This document shows, piece by piece, positions 25,381 to 38,149 of a DNA stretch of 64,000 bases. The number at the start of each line of letters is the position of its first letter. Position 1 is the first letter of the stretch. Made by a program: the position numbers and the translations under genes. This DNA is from Octopus sinensis (lineage: Eukaryota), in contig NC_043005.1 in NCBI RefSeq assembly GCF_006345805.1, forward strand, positions 63,302,001 through 63,366,000. Direction: 5' to 3'. A model generated the notes under the pieces. The model did not search any database. It was not told where the DNA came from and was given only the letters and a program-made list of their open reading frames with translations.

Positions 25381-25774
25381 AAAAAAAACGAAACTCGTTA
25401 TTCAAAATATTCAACGTAAACACGAAGTTTCTACCTTTATAAACAAGGAGTTACAACACCTTTACTTGTGAGATTTTTGCTGCCCTGGTAACTATTTATT
25501 TATTTTTTCCGTGTTAATTGTTAACAAGGTAAAAATACACTCATCTATTTATATATATATATAATATGACTTTCATACAATGACAAACCAACACTGCCTG
25601 TAAAAGACTTGAGATCAGGGTTAAATGAAAATACATATACACAAATCTAGGAATTCCAATGAAGTGATGTTTATATTTTCAGAAGAAATTAAAAAGGGGG
25701 TTTTCACTCAAGACTTAAAAGCTTATTCATTTTCACTTCGATTTTAAAATGAATATAATCAGTTATGTAGCATT

Positions 25775-26198
25775 CATCATCACCACCATCATCCTCATCG
25801 TTTAACATCCGTTTTCCATGCTAGCATGGGTTGGACGATTTGACTGAGGTCTGGCAAACCAGGTGGCTGCACCAGGCTCCAATCTTGATCTGGCAGAGTT
25901 TCTACAGCTGGATGCCCTTCCTAACGCCAACCACTCAGAGTGTAGTGGGTGCTTTTATGTGCCACTGGCACAAGGGCCAGTCAGGCGGTACTGGCAACAG
26001 CCACGCTCAAATGGTGCTTTTTATGAACCACCTGCACAGGAGTCAGTCCAGTGGCACTGGCAATGACCTTGCTCGAATGTTTTTTCCCATGCCACCAGCA
26101 CAAGTGCCAGTAAGGTGATGTAGGTAACGATCACGCTCAAGTGGTGCTTTTTACGTGCCACCAGAATGGAGGCCAGTTTGTTGCTCTGGCAACGATCA
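25775..26198 (-). mobile_element. RTE 3' UTR/tail fragment
   Basis: Same terminal sequence as 488-700 (catcgtttaacatccgttttccatgctagcatggg...), with diverged ~60-bp subrepeats. Confidence 0.85.
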
Positions 26199-26724
26199 TT
26201 ATTTACATAAAATTAAGATTCCTAGTTTTTTAACATATCTGACAAAATGTATTAAAGCTTTACGGTATATAGTTACAACCCTTCATTTTCTAAATTTAAA
26301 TCTCAGTGATGTCAACCTTATCTTTCATCATTTTATGAATTGGAGTACCAGTCACGTACTATAGTTGATTTGATTAATTAAGATCTCCCTTGAAATTTAT
26401 GGCTTTGTGTCAAAGCTAAAAATCTATTTGAAATATAGAAAGATATCGATAGCTCAATTTAGATGTCTTGCATTATTTACTCCTGCTACTCTGAATCTGA
26501 TTACTACTTAGGTTAAGTTAGCCTGTTATCAAATACTCTGAGGATATAAATAGGTAAAGTTGTGGTTGTATGGTTAAGATTTTTGCTTCCAAACTACATG
26601 GTTTTGAATTCTGTCTTATTGCATGGCACCACAGGCAGGTGTCTTCTGCTATAGACTTGAGCAATGACCATAGCATTATGGGTGGATTTGATGGATGGAA
26701 GCCAAAAGAAGTCCATCATATACA

Positions 26725-27007
26725 TACAGGAAAAATAGAAATTAAAAATGCACTGAGAATAGTTAAAATACTTTTTATTGATATATTTAAAGCCTTAACA
26801 GGTTTCACAGTTTACACTAATTTTCAAAAAGTTCAAATAGAAAGATGTGGCTTATGTCGCAGCTGTCTTGCTTCTGGCTAGTGTTAGAAACTATTTGAAC
26901 TTTTTTGAAAATCAGTGTAAACTGTAAAACTGGTTACAGCTTTGAATATATTAATAAAAAATATTTTAACTATTTTCAATGCATTTTCAGTTTCTATTTT
27001 TCCTATA
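26725..27007. mobile_element. MITE with ~115-bp TIRs (Tc1/mariner-like, TA ends)
   Basis: Arms at 26725-26840 and 26891-27007 with a 50-bp spacer. Confidence 0.8.
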
Positions 27008-27060
27008 TTTCTACTCATGTGGAATAAAATAGCTTAGTTTTCTATATATATATATACATA

Positions 27061-27213
27061 TAAAAAGCAGCAAAAATATCACAAAAGCTGTTACTCAGAG
27101 TTTCACATTCCCGTTCGTCGGACAGTTTTGTTTAGATTCTAAACAAAACTGTCCGACGAACAGGAAGCTGAAACTCTGAGTAACAGCTTTCGTGATATTT
27201 TTGCTGCTTTTTA
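27061..27213. repeat. 153-bp near-perfect palindrome made of two inverted copies of a hammerhead-bearing pLTR fragment
   Basis: 76-bp arms around a single T at 27137. The few mismatches are concentrated in HHR stem II. Confidence 0.9.
27088..27125 (-). ncRNA. Minimal hammerhead variant with core CCGACGA (U4C)
   Basis: Sense sequence CUGU CCGACGA ACG-GGAA-UGU GAAAC UCUGA GUA/ACAG, with self-complementary ACUCUGAGU stem III. The mirror copy at 27149-27186 (+) has a broken stem II. Confidence 0.7.
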
Positions 27214-27300
27214 ATAAAGCATATTACTCTGCCTCTGGTATTCAAGTATTATTTTTTTCCACCATGTTTCGCATTTATGTGCTTACTCTAGCATGTGTAT

Positions 27301-27350
<50 letters not shown>

Positions 27351-27435
27351 ATATATTAGGGAGTATGGCTCCAAACTTACAGGGAAAAAATTAGATTTAG
27401 GATTAAATCAAATTTCACAGTATTAAAGAATGAAA

Positions 27436-27479
27436 GAGGAGGGTGGTAATGTTAAAATTTTAACATCACCACCCTCCTC
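27436..27479. repeat. 44-bp loopless palindrome
   Basis: gaggagggtggtaatgttaaaa|ttttaacatcaccaccctcctc, 1 mismatch. Confidence 0.9.
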
Positions 27480-27704
27480 ATTGGTAGAAATATTAAATCG
27501 TTGAATTAAATGTCTGATAAATGTTAGTTATCATCTTTTATGTTCCAAGTTCAAATCCCTTTTGAGATTCATGTTATCTCTTGTCCTTTTGAGGTTCACA
27601 AAATAAAGTTTTAATTAGATTATTGCTGTTGATGTTGTTGCAGACCCAAATCAATTTTATGTTCAAAAGTATTCTGTTTGATTATCCTGTCTTTTTAATG
27701 GCAT

Positions 27705-27931
27705 TTAACCCTTTCGTTACTGTATTTATTTTGAGATGCTCTCTGTTTCTTTCACTTACTTTAAATATAACAAAGAATTTAGTAAAATAACTTAGTTACC
27801 ATTCAGCTAGTGTTAGGCACACAAATTATGACTAAGGTTTGGTGGAAGATTTTAATAAAAAACTTTGAAAACAAGACATTTGTACTCAAAGCCAGAGCTG
27901 GTTTCAGCTGGGTTAGTAATGAAAGGGTTAA
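27705..27931. mobile_element. piggyBac-type MITE
   Basis: TTAA at both ends, CCC...GGG termini, and TIRs ccctttcgttact / agtaatgaaaggg (12/13 match). Confidence 0.85.
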
Positions 27932-29945
27932 GAAAGTATTATCCAATGTGTTTTTTTCTTGTTTAAGATAAGGTGGTGGATTTGATTTCAGTGAGATTTG
28001 GTTACTATTCAAATGACATTAAGTAACTACATAAAAGTGATCTTATTAGTTTTTTTATTAGGTTGTAATAGAACAAATGCTCAGAGATTATGATTTTTAG
28101 CATTTTTTTTTTGTTTATTGGTTGGATGTATTGGGGCGGGTAGATGTGGGTTATCCGTAAGAAAAGAGGAAATAGTGTGATAAAAGGGTTTCTTGATATG
28201 GTTAGATCTCCTATACTTTAATTCTTTATTGGAAGCAAATTAATAAAAAAATATCACAGAATTTACTTTACTTATGAATTTTATGTCTAGGTAGTTCTGT
28301 TATGATCAATTTTCCATTATCATCTGACAAACTAAACTGTTGTCAGCAGAGATATAGAAAATTAACATTGCAACTCATCACGATACATAATATTATATGT
28401 TGTATTTAATCTGAAATTTGTATTCATCAATATTTTAGTCATGCAAGATATCTGAACATAGTAGTGATGACTAATATCTCTGATAACTTTTTATTACGCT
28501 CATCAATCATACAACATAATTTTTCTTTTGTTTCTTGTAATAAAGTATTGTGCTCTAAGATAGCAAGTTTTCCAACATTAAGTATTGCTGAGTAAAGGTT
28601 GGTTTTAATTGTATCTTCAAGTATCATCATGTTGCTAGAAGCAACTGTTCTGTTTTACTTTAAGTAGATATTATTTGTCTGTTTTCAGCATGGATTAATT
28701 TCAATGTAATCAACAAAACCTTGTTTAGTTTGTGTTTCATGCTATAGAATAGCATGATAAAGTTTGACAAAATATTTGCTATTTTTGAAATTGCCTAATT
28801 AGAAATTATTCTTGTGTTGTTATCTGCATTTCCATATCTTTTTCCTTTGTTTACAGGTAAATTTTTTATTAACTGAAATATGATTATTATTATCATTACA
28901 GAGGTAGAAATGCTTGTATTATACTAAAGTTCACTGTAGTATTTACTTCTATCCTTCTGCATGAGAATAACTTTGAATGTTCATTTGTGTACTTATCAAG
29001 AAGATACTTCACTCAATATACTTGGTTTCGCTTGGTTCAATTATATGGCATGTTGTTATTGCCAGTCTGTTATTGGCATCTTCTTTAAGATGCATCTGTA
29101 CCAGAGGATGCAACACCACCAGTTGTATAGTATCCCACTTGCAAGGGACCAATGAAATATGGGTCAAAACAATCACTGTGATGAATAAAGACTCTTGAAT
29201 TCCCTTTTCCATTTCCCTCATTCGTTATAAATTCAATGAACACTGTGGAATTTCTGGGTTAGATCCAGTGAGACTTATATCAACACTATGGATAACATCA
29301 GGTAGCCTAAACAATGAAAGTTCTTTAATTGGCATACTACCAGCTGTATACCCAAATTTCTATGTAATTACTTGTGTGTGTGTGCACGCGTGCACACATA
29401 TTTATACTTTAAAGAATGTTGTGTAAGAATGGAACAATATATTAATGTACAAAGTAAACTATTGTAATTTATTTTGTATCTTCTTGTGTTGCTCCACCCT
29501 TACACAACAACTATCTATAAAGTTATACCACAAAATGCTTCACTAAAACTACCTCATTTTAACATACACACACATATATAGGTATAAAATCGATTTTCTG
29601 GAATGTTTGATTACAAAGCTTTTCCAGATTACTGATTATTCCAAACAAGGAGTGGTCAACTGTAAATTAAACGAATGCATGAAATTGACTTGATTTACAT
29701 TAGTATAAATAAGTGGTTCCCAATCTGTGGTCCGCAGACTCCTGATGGTCCACAAAAGTAGTACTAGGGATCTGCCAGCATGTTAAGCCAACAGACTTTC
29801 AACATACTAGGAAATGTGGCTATCCACTAAACTAGTCTAACATCTGAGGAAATTAAAGTTCTTCATAAATTGATGTGAATTATAAGAGGTTCTGGATATT
29901 TGTATATGTATGCGTATGACTTGATGCCAGTATAAACTAGCCTGA

Positions 29946-29983
<38 letters not shown>

Positions 29984-30379
29984 GTATATATATGACAGAG
30001 TTTGTGCGTGTGCATATTTCTTATGGATATAGGGATAGATAGATAGATAGATAGATAGAAAACATAACTTAGAGTAAACTTCCAAGTTAAAAAAAAATTC
30101 AAGTGTGCACTGGGAATCTCTAATTCATCAACTGAAAAATCTACCAACATGTTCAGATACCATTCAGAATGATACATCTGTTGTGAATATCTCCTGCCAT
30201 AAGGAGAACTATTGTTTTGTAGTATGGTGATAATAAAATGAGAATATAAAATTAATCTTCTACAACCAATCAATGATTAGTGTTCTATAAATGTGTAGAT
30301 CAGTGATAGCTTTTTGTTTTGCATTCATTGTAACTCTTAGATCGTGGCTATTTTTATACATGCTGCTGCCTAAAGAACA

Positions 30380-30984
30380 AACCACAGTTGTATCTGTGCA
30401 TGAAGGACGTTTCCTATCTTGATGCATTTCTATATTAGGAACATAGTATTCTTAACTTTCTGCTTGGATTGCTGTAATTATATCTTTTGTTTCTCGCACA
30501 ATCTCTATCAAAAACTCTATTTCCAGTTCCTTCTTAGCTTGAATTGCAAGGCAATATCCAATCTTTTTTTGTTGAGTTCCTCATTAGTCTTTCTTTACTT
30601 AATTCTGCATTTTGTAAACAATAGTCTCGTTAGTGAGAGGTTTTCAACAAATTATTTGGTTTTCACAGCATTTCGCACAGTAAAAATAAAAAGTGAGGAT
30701 CTAAATCGATGCAGAAAATCTCTCTCAGATACACTTCACAAATGTTTTTCATTGCTTCTGTAGCGATTCTTTCCTTTCAAAACTCATACAGTAGGCAATG
30801 GCGAATATGTTATTTCATAACGTTCTTATCCTCCATGGGGTTAATTACCAAAACAACTATGAATGACACACAACCAGATAGAATAGATGATATACCATCA
30901 CTAGACAATTCCCATCTGAGGTAACTAATTGATTCATATTTTATAGTGGTGAAAAAATGCAATTACTTTCCGAACATCCTAATA
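30380..30984 (-). mobile_element. Mariner 5' fragment
   Basis: TIR tattaggatgttcggaaagtaattgc (Hsmar1-like). N-terminus MEDKNVMK*HIRHCLLYEF*K..ATEAMKNICEVY. Confidence 0.75.
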
Positions 30985-31224
30985 CATTGACACACAAATA
31001 CACACATACATGCATTTAGGCCACATCAACCTAGTAGCAAATTTTGCCTATGCTGTGGGTACCACAATATTCAAGGACCTTCAGATTAAATGTGTGCTAC
31101 CTATGAGTTCTATTTAAATGGTTTTGTATATGCTCAATCATTATATTTTCTTCAACTTTTAAAAAACGGTTGGTTGCTTAAATAAGTGGAATATTTCCTT
31201 GACAGAATGCTCTTTAAATGCTTC

Positions 31225-31481
31225 TTTAATTCAAATTTTTTAAAAGTTTAACTCAGAAGCTTATATAAGTACTTTGCAAGTGCTAGCATTGAAAACCATT
31301 TTTGTTTTGTTGCTTATTGTTGTAATGAATTTAAGAGAATGAGGCCTTTGTTGTATTTCATAATGATGATGATTAATTCTTCTCATAATGGAAATTATTT
31401 GCAGAAGTTATAAGTCCTGGTTAAATTTCTGGCAGAATATATAGACACTTATGCAAATAAAAGCAGGAGACATAAATCATA
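31225..31481 (+). repeat. Local direct duplication, copy 1 (copy 2 at 33741-34000)
   Basis: ~260 bp, clearly homologous, with scattered substitutions and small indels. Confidence 0.85.
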
Positions 31482-31659
31482 AAAGAAACTGAATGGCAAT
31501 GGTGAATTAGCAAACATTACTTATGTCAGATGCTAATTAATAGACGTACTATTCTATTTCTCTATTTTAATCCATCAAATTCATTATACACTAATTGAGG
31601 TTTATTATTTTTCTTATACATTGGTGGAGTGAGTCAAATTATTACTAATTTAATCGTCA

Positions 31660-31965
31660 TGATGTTAGACCCATGATAATAAGGTTAACCAACTTTGCAG
31701 GGGAATAAGAATTCCAATAACCTATTTGCATATGCACATGATTAAAGGTGACACAGTAGGTGATCAGTATGTAAAACATGTTTATTGTGCTAAGAATTCA
31801 TTTGATACCGTCTGATATCTGCCATCCATTCACACTTACACACCTACAGTTTTCGGTTCGTGTGGTATTCACAATGGCTGTCAGTAAATCTCAATGTCAG
31901 TCATTAAGGTATGTTTTTTCCAGCTAATCTATTTGTGCATGGAGAAGTCTATGTAGCTCAGTTGG
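31660..31965 (+). pseudogene. Helitron-type PIF1 helicase C-terminal fragment
   Basis: Reads FIVLRIHLIPSDICHPFTLTHLQFSVRVVFTMAVSKSQCQSL, then after a frameshift LFVHGEVYVA. Compare QFPVRLAFAMTINKSQGQSL and FSHGQLYVA. Confidence 0.75.
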
Positions 31966-32879
31966 AAATTATACAAGGTGATGCAGATTTAATAATAGTG
32001 GTGGTGGTGGTGGCAGTTGACCAAACCAAAGAAACTGTTTCCATTAGTGTTTCAAATTACTGATTCTGTATATTGGTCACAACTCTTGGGAGCAAATGTC
32101 ACCGTTTTTCAATGATGAGGTAAAATTTGAACTCAGAATACACAATACCAAAATAGACACATAAGGCATTCAACCTGATGCTTTAACAATTCTATCAATC
32201 CAGTGTCCTGTAGTGTACTGTTTTAATAAAAACCCCGAAAGAAGGCAAGGTAACGCTGACTCTGGTAGGAATTGAACTCAGAGCATATAGAAATAAAACA
32301 AGTATTGAAAGGTATTCTAACATTCTAATGACTCTGCCTGTTTGCTGCCTTGGTATAGTGATAATATCAGAAAAAATTTACCAAAATTTTGTACACTGAA
32401 TTTAGGCAGTTTAAATCATTCTTAGTGTTTGTATCATCCCGACACTTAATCCAGTTAAATTTGTAAGTACATATTTTAGTATGTATTGGTCTTTTTTATA
32501 TCCTATGTATTTATAATCAACAAACTGCAGTCAAACAAAATGAAAGCAAAGTCACTTGTGTACATTATGTTAAGGTTTCATATCAAGAGAGAATATGTAA
32601 ATAGCACATTTTAGTTGCTTTACTAACACTAATATATTTTAATGAATTCATGCAATGTTGTAGCTTTTGATCTTATGTTTTTAGGTTTGCTTTTAAAAAA
32701 AAAATCTAGATCACAAGGAATAGAGTTCAGTCATTCCAATTTGATGCAAAGTAATTTATGGCATTTCATATGTTGACATTAAAAACAAAATTGTTTAACA
32801 TCAACATAGAAAATAAAATTGATTAGTAGAAAGGGATTGTAGGTTTGTAGTACAGTTAGAGTTTGGTAGTTACGAGATA

Positions 32880-33286
32880 TTTACTCTTTTACTTGTTTCA
32901 GTCATTTGACTGTGGCCATGCTGGAGCACCACCTTTAGTCGAGTAATTCGACCCCCGGACTTATTCTTTGTAAGCCTAGTACTTATTCTATTGGTCTCTT
33001 TTGCCGAACCGCTAAGTTACGGGGACGTAAACACACCAGCATCGGTTGTCAAGCGATGTTGGGGGGACAAACACAGACACACAAACATACACGCACACAC
33101 ACACACATATATATGTACATATATACAATGGGCTTCTTTCGGTTTCCGTCTACCAAATCCACTCACAAAGCTTTGGTCGGCCTGAGGCTATAGTAGAAGA
33201 CACTTGCCCAAGGTGCTGTGCAGTGGGACTGAACCCGGAACCATGTGATTGGTAAGCAAGCTACTTACCACACAGCCACTCCTACG
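32880..33286 (-). mobile_element. Full-length tRNA-derived SINE (family A)
   Basis: Head ggagtggctgtgtggtaag (A box) and gggttcagtccc (B box), internal (CA)/(TA) tract, and tail gtaaaagagtaa. Confidence 0.9.
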
Positions 33287-33740
33287 TCTTATTTGTTAAT
33301 AAAAGTTAATAAAAGTTATTTCATACCTGAATTCCTGTTGAAATATGTCACACATTTTTGAATTTTTTAAAGTTGGAAGCCTTACCAGAGTTTCTATAAG
33401 GTGGGGGATGGAAGGCTAACTATTTTCCACTTCTAAGCTGCCATCATTCATGGATAATCTTCTAAATATCACAAGCATGTCAATTAGCAAATAATTATCA
33501 AACTTTAGGTAAGAAAAATAGCCAATTCCTTGTATTCTTTTTTATTACTATTCCATGTTAGGTAATCTATAGACATTAGTCTTTCAAATATGCACCTGGA
33601 GTCTTTGATAAAATAGCCAGGTTACACTTCACGTGAAGACAAAGAGTGCTTTAAAAAATGTATACTACCTACTGACTTGTGACATTACTCAGTTCAGACA
33701 AAACTACACATGAATTTAGTCTGCTGATGAAAATTGCTTA

Positions 33741-34000
33741 TTTAATTCAAATTTTTTTTAAAGTTTAACTCATAAGCTTATATAAGTATTTTGCAAGTGC
33801 AAGCATTGTAAACCTCTTTTTGTTTATTGTTGTAATGGTTTTAGGAGAATGAGGCCTTTGTTGCATTTCATAATGATGATGATTAGTTCGTCTCATAAAG
33901 GAAATTATTTGCAGAAGTTATAAGTACTGGTTAAATTTGACCATTTTCTGTCAGAATATATAGACACTTATGCAAATAAGTACAGGAGACATAAGTCATA
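33741..34000 (+). repeat. Local direct duplication, copy 2 of 31225-31481
   Basis: Direct sequence match. Confidence 0.85.
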
Positions 34001-34952
34001 TTTAAAGCAACGTGTGAGAAAATTCATCAATCTGACTGAGTCATGTATCGTAGATCACATATTCTGTGAGGTAAAGAAACACAAGTGTTATTCTCTTTCA
34101 ACGGATTCTACCTATTCATGTTTTAACAGTACCAGTTAACTTTGTACTCTATGTTTTTCATCTGAACCATTTAAAAGGTTTTTGAGGTGTTTAGATATAG
34201 TGAACAGATCACACTAAGTCTATTTGATTATCTAAAGTATTTGTTATAAAATACTTCTGCACTCAAAGTTATGATAATGGATTTGTACACAATTTTTTCT
34301 GCTTCTACTTATCTGTGGGCTATCGTTTCTGTTCTGTTATCTGATGGTAGGCTCATTTATTTGTTGTAAAAAGAATACCAGATATCAGATTATAAGTTCA
34401 TATAGATGCGCTTTTTCTGCAATATAGCAAATATGGCTGGCATGCACAAATACATACATAATTACATTTTTTTCTCAGGTTTAAAATGTGGCTTTGTTTT
34501 TGTTATCTACATTCCAACAATGGAGCTTTGTATCTTTGTTAGAAACCAGCACCTTCCTCAGAGGAAGAATATGAATAATTAAAAACAGTAGAGTACATTC
34601 AGCCATATATGTTATATGTGTATGTATATATGCTATATATGGTGTATATGTCATATATATGCTATCAATAAACTAGTAGTGAAAGAACACGTTTATCAAG
34701 TGCTCATGTGTTATTCACAAATATTACCCCATTTTTCAGCTAGCGCTAATGTAGCTTTCCCACTTAGAGCCAATATTTCTTGATGCCCAACATAATAAGT
34801 TGTATGTGTACAATAAGTTCATGCTACAGGGACTATTCACAAATAACAACTAGTGATAAGTAGAAAATATATTGACAGTCAATATTTTCTACACATGTAT
34901 TAAGGGAACCTAATGGATGTTGTCATGTAAGTAAATTGATTAAATACCGGAT

Positions 34953-35290
34953 CAATAATCATATCTAAGGGACATTCTCAGGTATCTATGGTGAAATTAA
35001 CACCAGCAATGATCACATCTAAGGGAGTTTCTCAGATATCTAAATTAATTAACAACAGCAATAACTTTATATAAGAGATGTTCTTGGGTGCTTAAAATAA
35101 ATAATAATAAGAACAACAATAACCACATCTAAAGAACATTCTTGGGTACCTAAGTTGATTGATAACAGAAATAGTCACATCTCAAGGTTACGTTTTGGTA
35201 CCTGAATTGATGAATTGATTAATAACAGTGATAACAACATCTAAGGCATGATTTTGGGTGACAAAATTGATTATTGTCAATAACCACAAC
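34953..35290 (+). repeat. Diverged minisatellite, ~6-7 units of ~52-60 bp
   Basis: Recurring aataa(t/c)cacatctaagg...ttc(t)(c/t)gggtacctaa...aac(a)ac. Confidence 0.7.
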
Positions 35291-35569
35291 ATACACATGT
35301 AAGACAACTCAAATCAAGGAAGAAGCATTTCCTAACCAATATTTCATTTTTACCGAAGCAAATTATAGTCAATTATATGAGAGACACTGCTGAATATTTT
35401 TCTCAAATTTCACCTAAAGATATTTTGAATGCAATTCATTTTATTATCTTTCTAATAATAATTATCTTCATTTATATTATATCCCCTCATCACTATCCAA
35501 CCCTGCTCCTCTTCCCATCCCTGCTTCTAGTAACATATGCACAGAATGGCACATGTTATTAGTTCCATG

Positions 35570-35708
35570 GTTTTGGGTTCAGTTCCACTGCATGGCATCT
35601 TGGAAAAGTGACTTCTACCATGACCTTTGGCCAATAACACCTTGTAAGTAGGTTTGGTGGACAGAAACTGAAAATAATCTGTTGTATGCATATCCATGTG
35701 TATGTATG

Positions 35709-35762
<54 letters not shown>

Positions 35763-35985
35763 TGTTTGTTTCCCACCACTGCTTAACAGCTAATATTTGT
35801 TTATGTATCTGTAACAGCTAATATTTGTTTATGGTTTGGCATTAAAGATCAATAGCATAAGTACCAGACTTAACAGAAAATATTTATGTAAGTAATGATG
35901 ACAATTTGTTTGACTAAAACTCTTCAAGGCAGTGCCCCAGCATGGTCACTGTCCAATGAGTGGAACAAGTGAAAAATGATCCCCC
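35570..35985 (+). mobile_element. Degenerate family A SINE
   Basis: gggttcagttccactgcatggcatcttgg..., a (TG)n tract, and end gcatggtcactgtccaatgagtggaacaag. Confidence 0.7.
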
Positions 35986-37410
35986 TCTATACCTACAACA
36001 GATTAGTTATCTATAATAATCTTTCAATAACTTAAACATTACAATTACAAAATACAAAAAGTTCCTAAATGTAGAATTGCTAAATTGATAATTTCCTACT
36101 TAACAAAATATACAAAATTAACATATTTTGTGAGATTATTGGAAGAATTTTATTCAGTTCACAAAAGAGTTGATTTTTATTTTCTTACTATTTGTTTAAT
36201 TTCATTACTTAATTGAACAACCTCAAATTAGAATTTTTAAATCACGGTCTATGTCTCATTAATTAGCAAACCAAAATAAATCAGATTTTATATATATTCT
36301 CCAAGTAACTCAATGTCCATGTTTTCACGTCTTTATATTTGTCTTTAATAGGTCATTGTGTTACCAGTAAAGCATTTTTATATATGTGTAATGCTCAGAG
36401 AGCAAATCAACCTGGCTATTGTCAATGGCCATAAAATGAAATGAAATTGCTAAGCCAGGAATTAAGATTTTATCTTAGACTTTGCAAGCCAAGGAACTTA
36501 ATACCATAATAAAACCTCAATCATCATTTTATTGTAGATTTAATGGCTATTTTTTTTTTCCATGCTGGCATATCACTACTCCTGAAGAAGCCTGTATATG
36601 GAAGCTGCACATTCTCATACACGAACGCACACACACACACACACACACGTGCATATATTCCAATACATATGTAAATGTATAAAGAACCAGTAGTCACTTG
36701 TGAGTATAACATGGTGGCATGTACCATCTGTTCACTAATTGTCTCAAGTACCTGTAGAGCTGTAAGCAGACATAGAAACCTACGCAGTCTGTGTGTGTGT
36801 GTGAGAGAGAGAGAGAGAATGTGTGTGTGTTTGTGTGTGCATGTATGTATATATGTTTATGTGTGTGAGTATATGCATGTGTGTGTGTGTGTGGTTGTAT
36901 ATACACATATACGATAAATAAAGTAAAAATATTTCGTTTTTGGATTTGGTTTGCAAGATTCTTTATGTGAGTTCATGTGTTGAAGCATATTCTGTTGTGT
37001 CTGGGGAGAGTCAAGACCATTGAAAAGGTTGCAAGATGCAATGAAAAATTTAGGAAAATAAAAATAAGAAATAAGTGGAAATTTTACCTGTGAGTGTGTT
37101 AAATTATAAGGCACAAAAAGAAAATGACTCTCCCCAGATACAACAAAGTAAAAATAAGCTGGGGAGAAATAAATCAGTGGGCCAGCAGCATTTATTTGAA
37201 TAACAATGATGAATTAGTTTCTAATAAATATCATACAAGGTAAATTCATGATTTACTGAAATTATCTTCACTACTAGAATAGGTAGAAGAAATGTTTGGT
37301 AGCATTTTGGAAAGAATAAATGAGAAAGGGAAATAATTTCAAGAAATAAGGATTCTCCAAAACTGAAATGCCATCAAAAATAACACTGATTATTTAGAAA
37401 CAAAAGGACA

Positions 37411-37455
37411 GCTGTGGAAATATGTTTCTGTCCAAACAGGCATCATCAGTACAGC
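37411..37455 (-). ncRNA. Degenerate hammerhead relic
   Basis: GCUGUA CUGAUGA (bulged stem II) GAAAC AUAU UUC CACAGC. G16.2 is changed to U and the first stem I pair is lost. Confidence 0.5.
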
Positions 37456-38149
37456 AGTTGTTTTGTTTCCAGTAGAATGAGATGCTTAGGTATAAAAAAT
37501 AGAGTGTGGCCTATGAAATTTCTGTAAACGAGTCAAGTATGAACAACAAGCAATAACTCACAAAGCCCAGTTGCAAATATTTGAACAACAAAGAGGAATA
37601 GAGTATATTTCATACCATATAAAATATATTCTCGATTCCCCCGGAAAATTCTTGCTTCTAGAGATTTCTGCCCTTCTAATATGTGTGTGTGTGTGTGCGC
37701 GTGTCTGTGTGCGTGTGTGTGTGTGTGTGCATGCGAGTGTGTGAGTGTGTGAGTGTAAGTGTAAGTGTCTGTGTGAATGTATATATCTTTTATCTTTTAC
37801 CTGTTTCAATCATTAGACTATGGCCATGTTGAGACACCACCTTGAAGGGTTTTAGTTCAAAGATTTCTGCTACTCAATGGTCTGTAAAGGCTGTAAGACA
37901 TGACATGGAGAACTGGAATGGAGACTGCAAAGTTGCAACTAGCAGGAAGGGTCACAGCAAGCATTTTGACTATGTCTGCATGCTGGAATCCATCTACCCC
38001 CATGCATAATTGAATAGGGCCTTAGGCTTAACTTAGACATTTATATGAAGCTGCTGGAGACTATGGTCAAACCCAGGCTGGAGAAGGTTGATGCTGGAAA
38101 GCCGTGGGAGTAACAGTAGGGTTAGGCACCTTGCCATACTTCTAGGAAA

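Noticed and set aside
28835-28862. Strong acceptor immediately followed by GTAAAT (recursive splice site-like)
   Set aside because: It is a single motif with no evidence of plus-strand transcription and could easily arise by chance.
28439-29330. Protein-like open frames on both strands (e.g. minus TVFIEFITNEGNGKG...GTDAS*)
   Set aside because: No recognisable family, weak or ambiguous splice signals, and lengths within chance expectation.
30790-30925. Apparent plus-strand exon MNDTQPDRIDD... with donor gtaact
   Set aside because: It is the antisense of a mariner 5' end, with the TIR at 30950-30984.
31850-31980. Apparent plus-strand exons with ag/gt signals
   Set aside because: Better explained as a frameshifted Helitron PIF1 helicase fragment.
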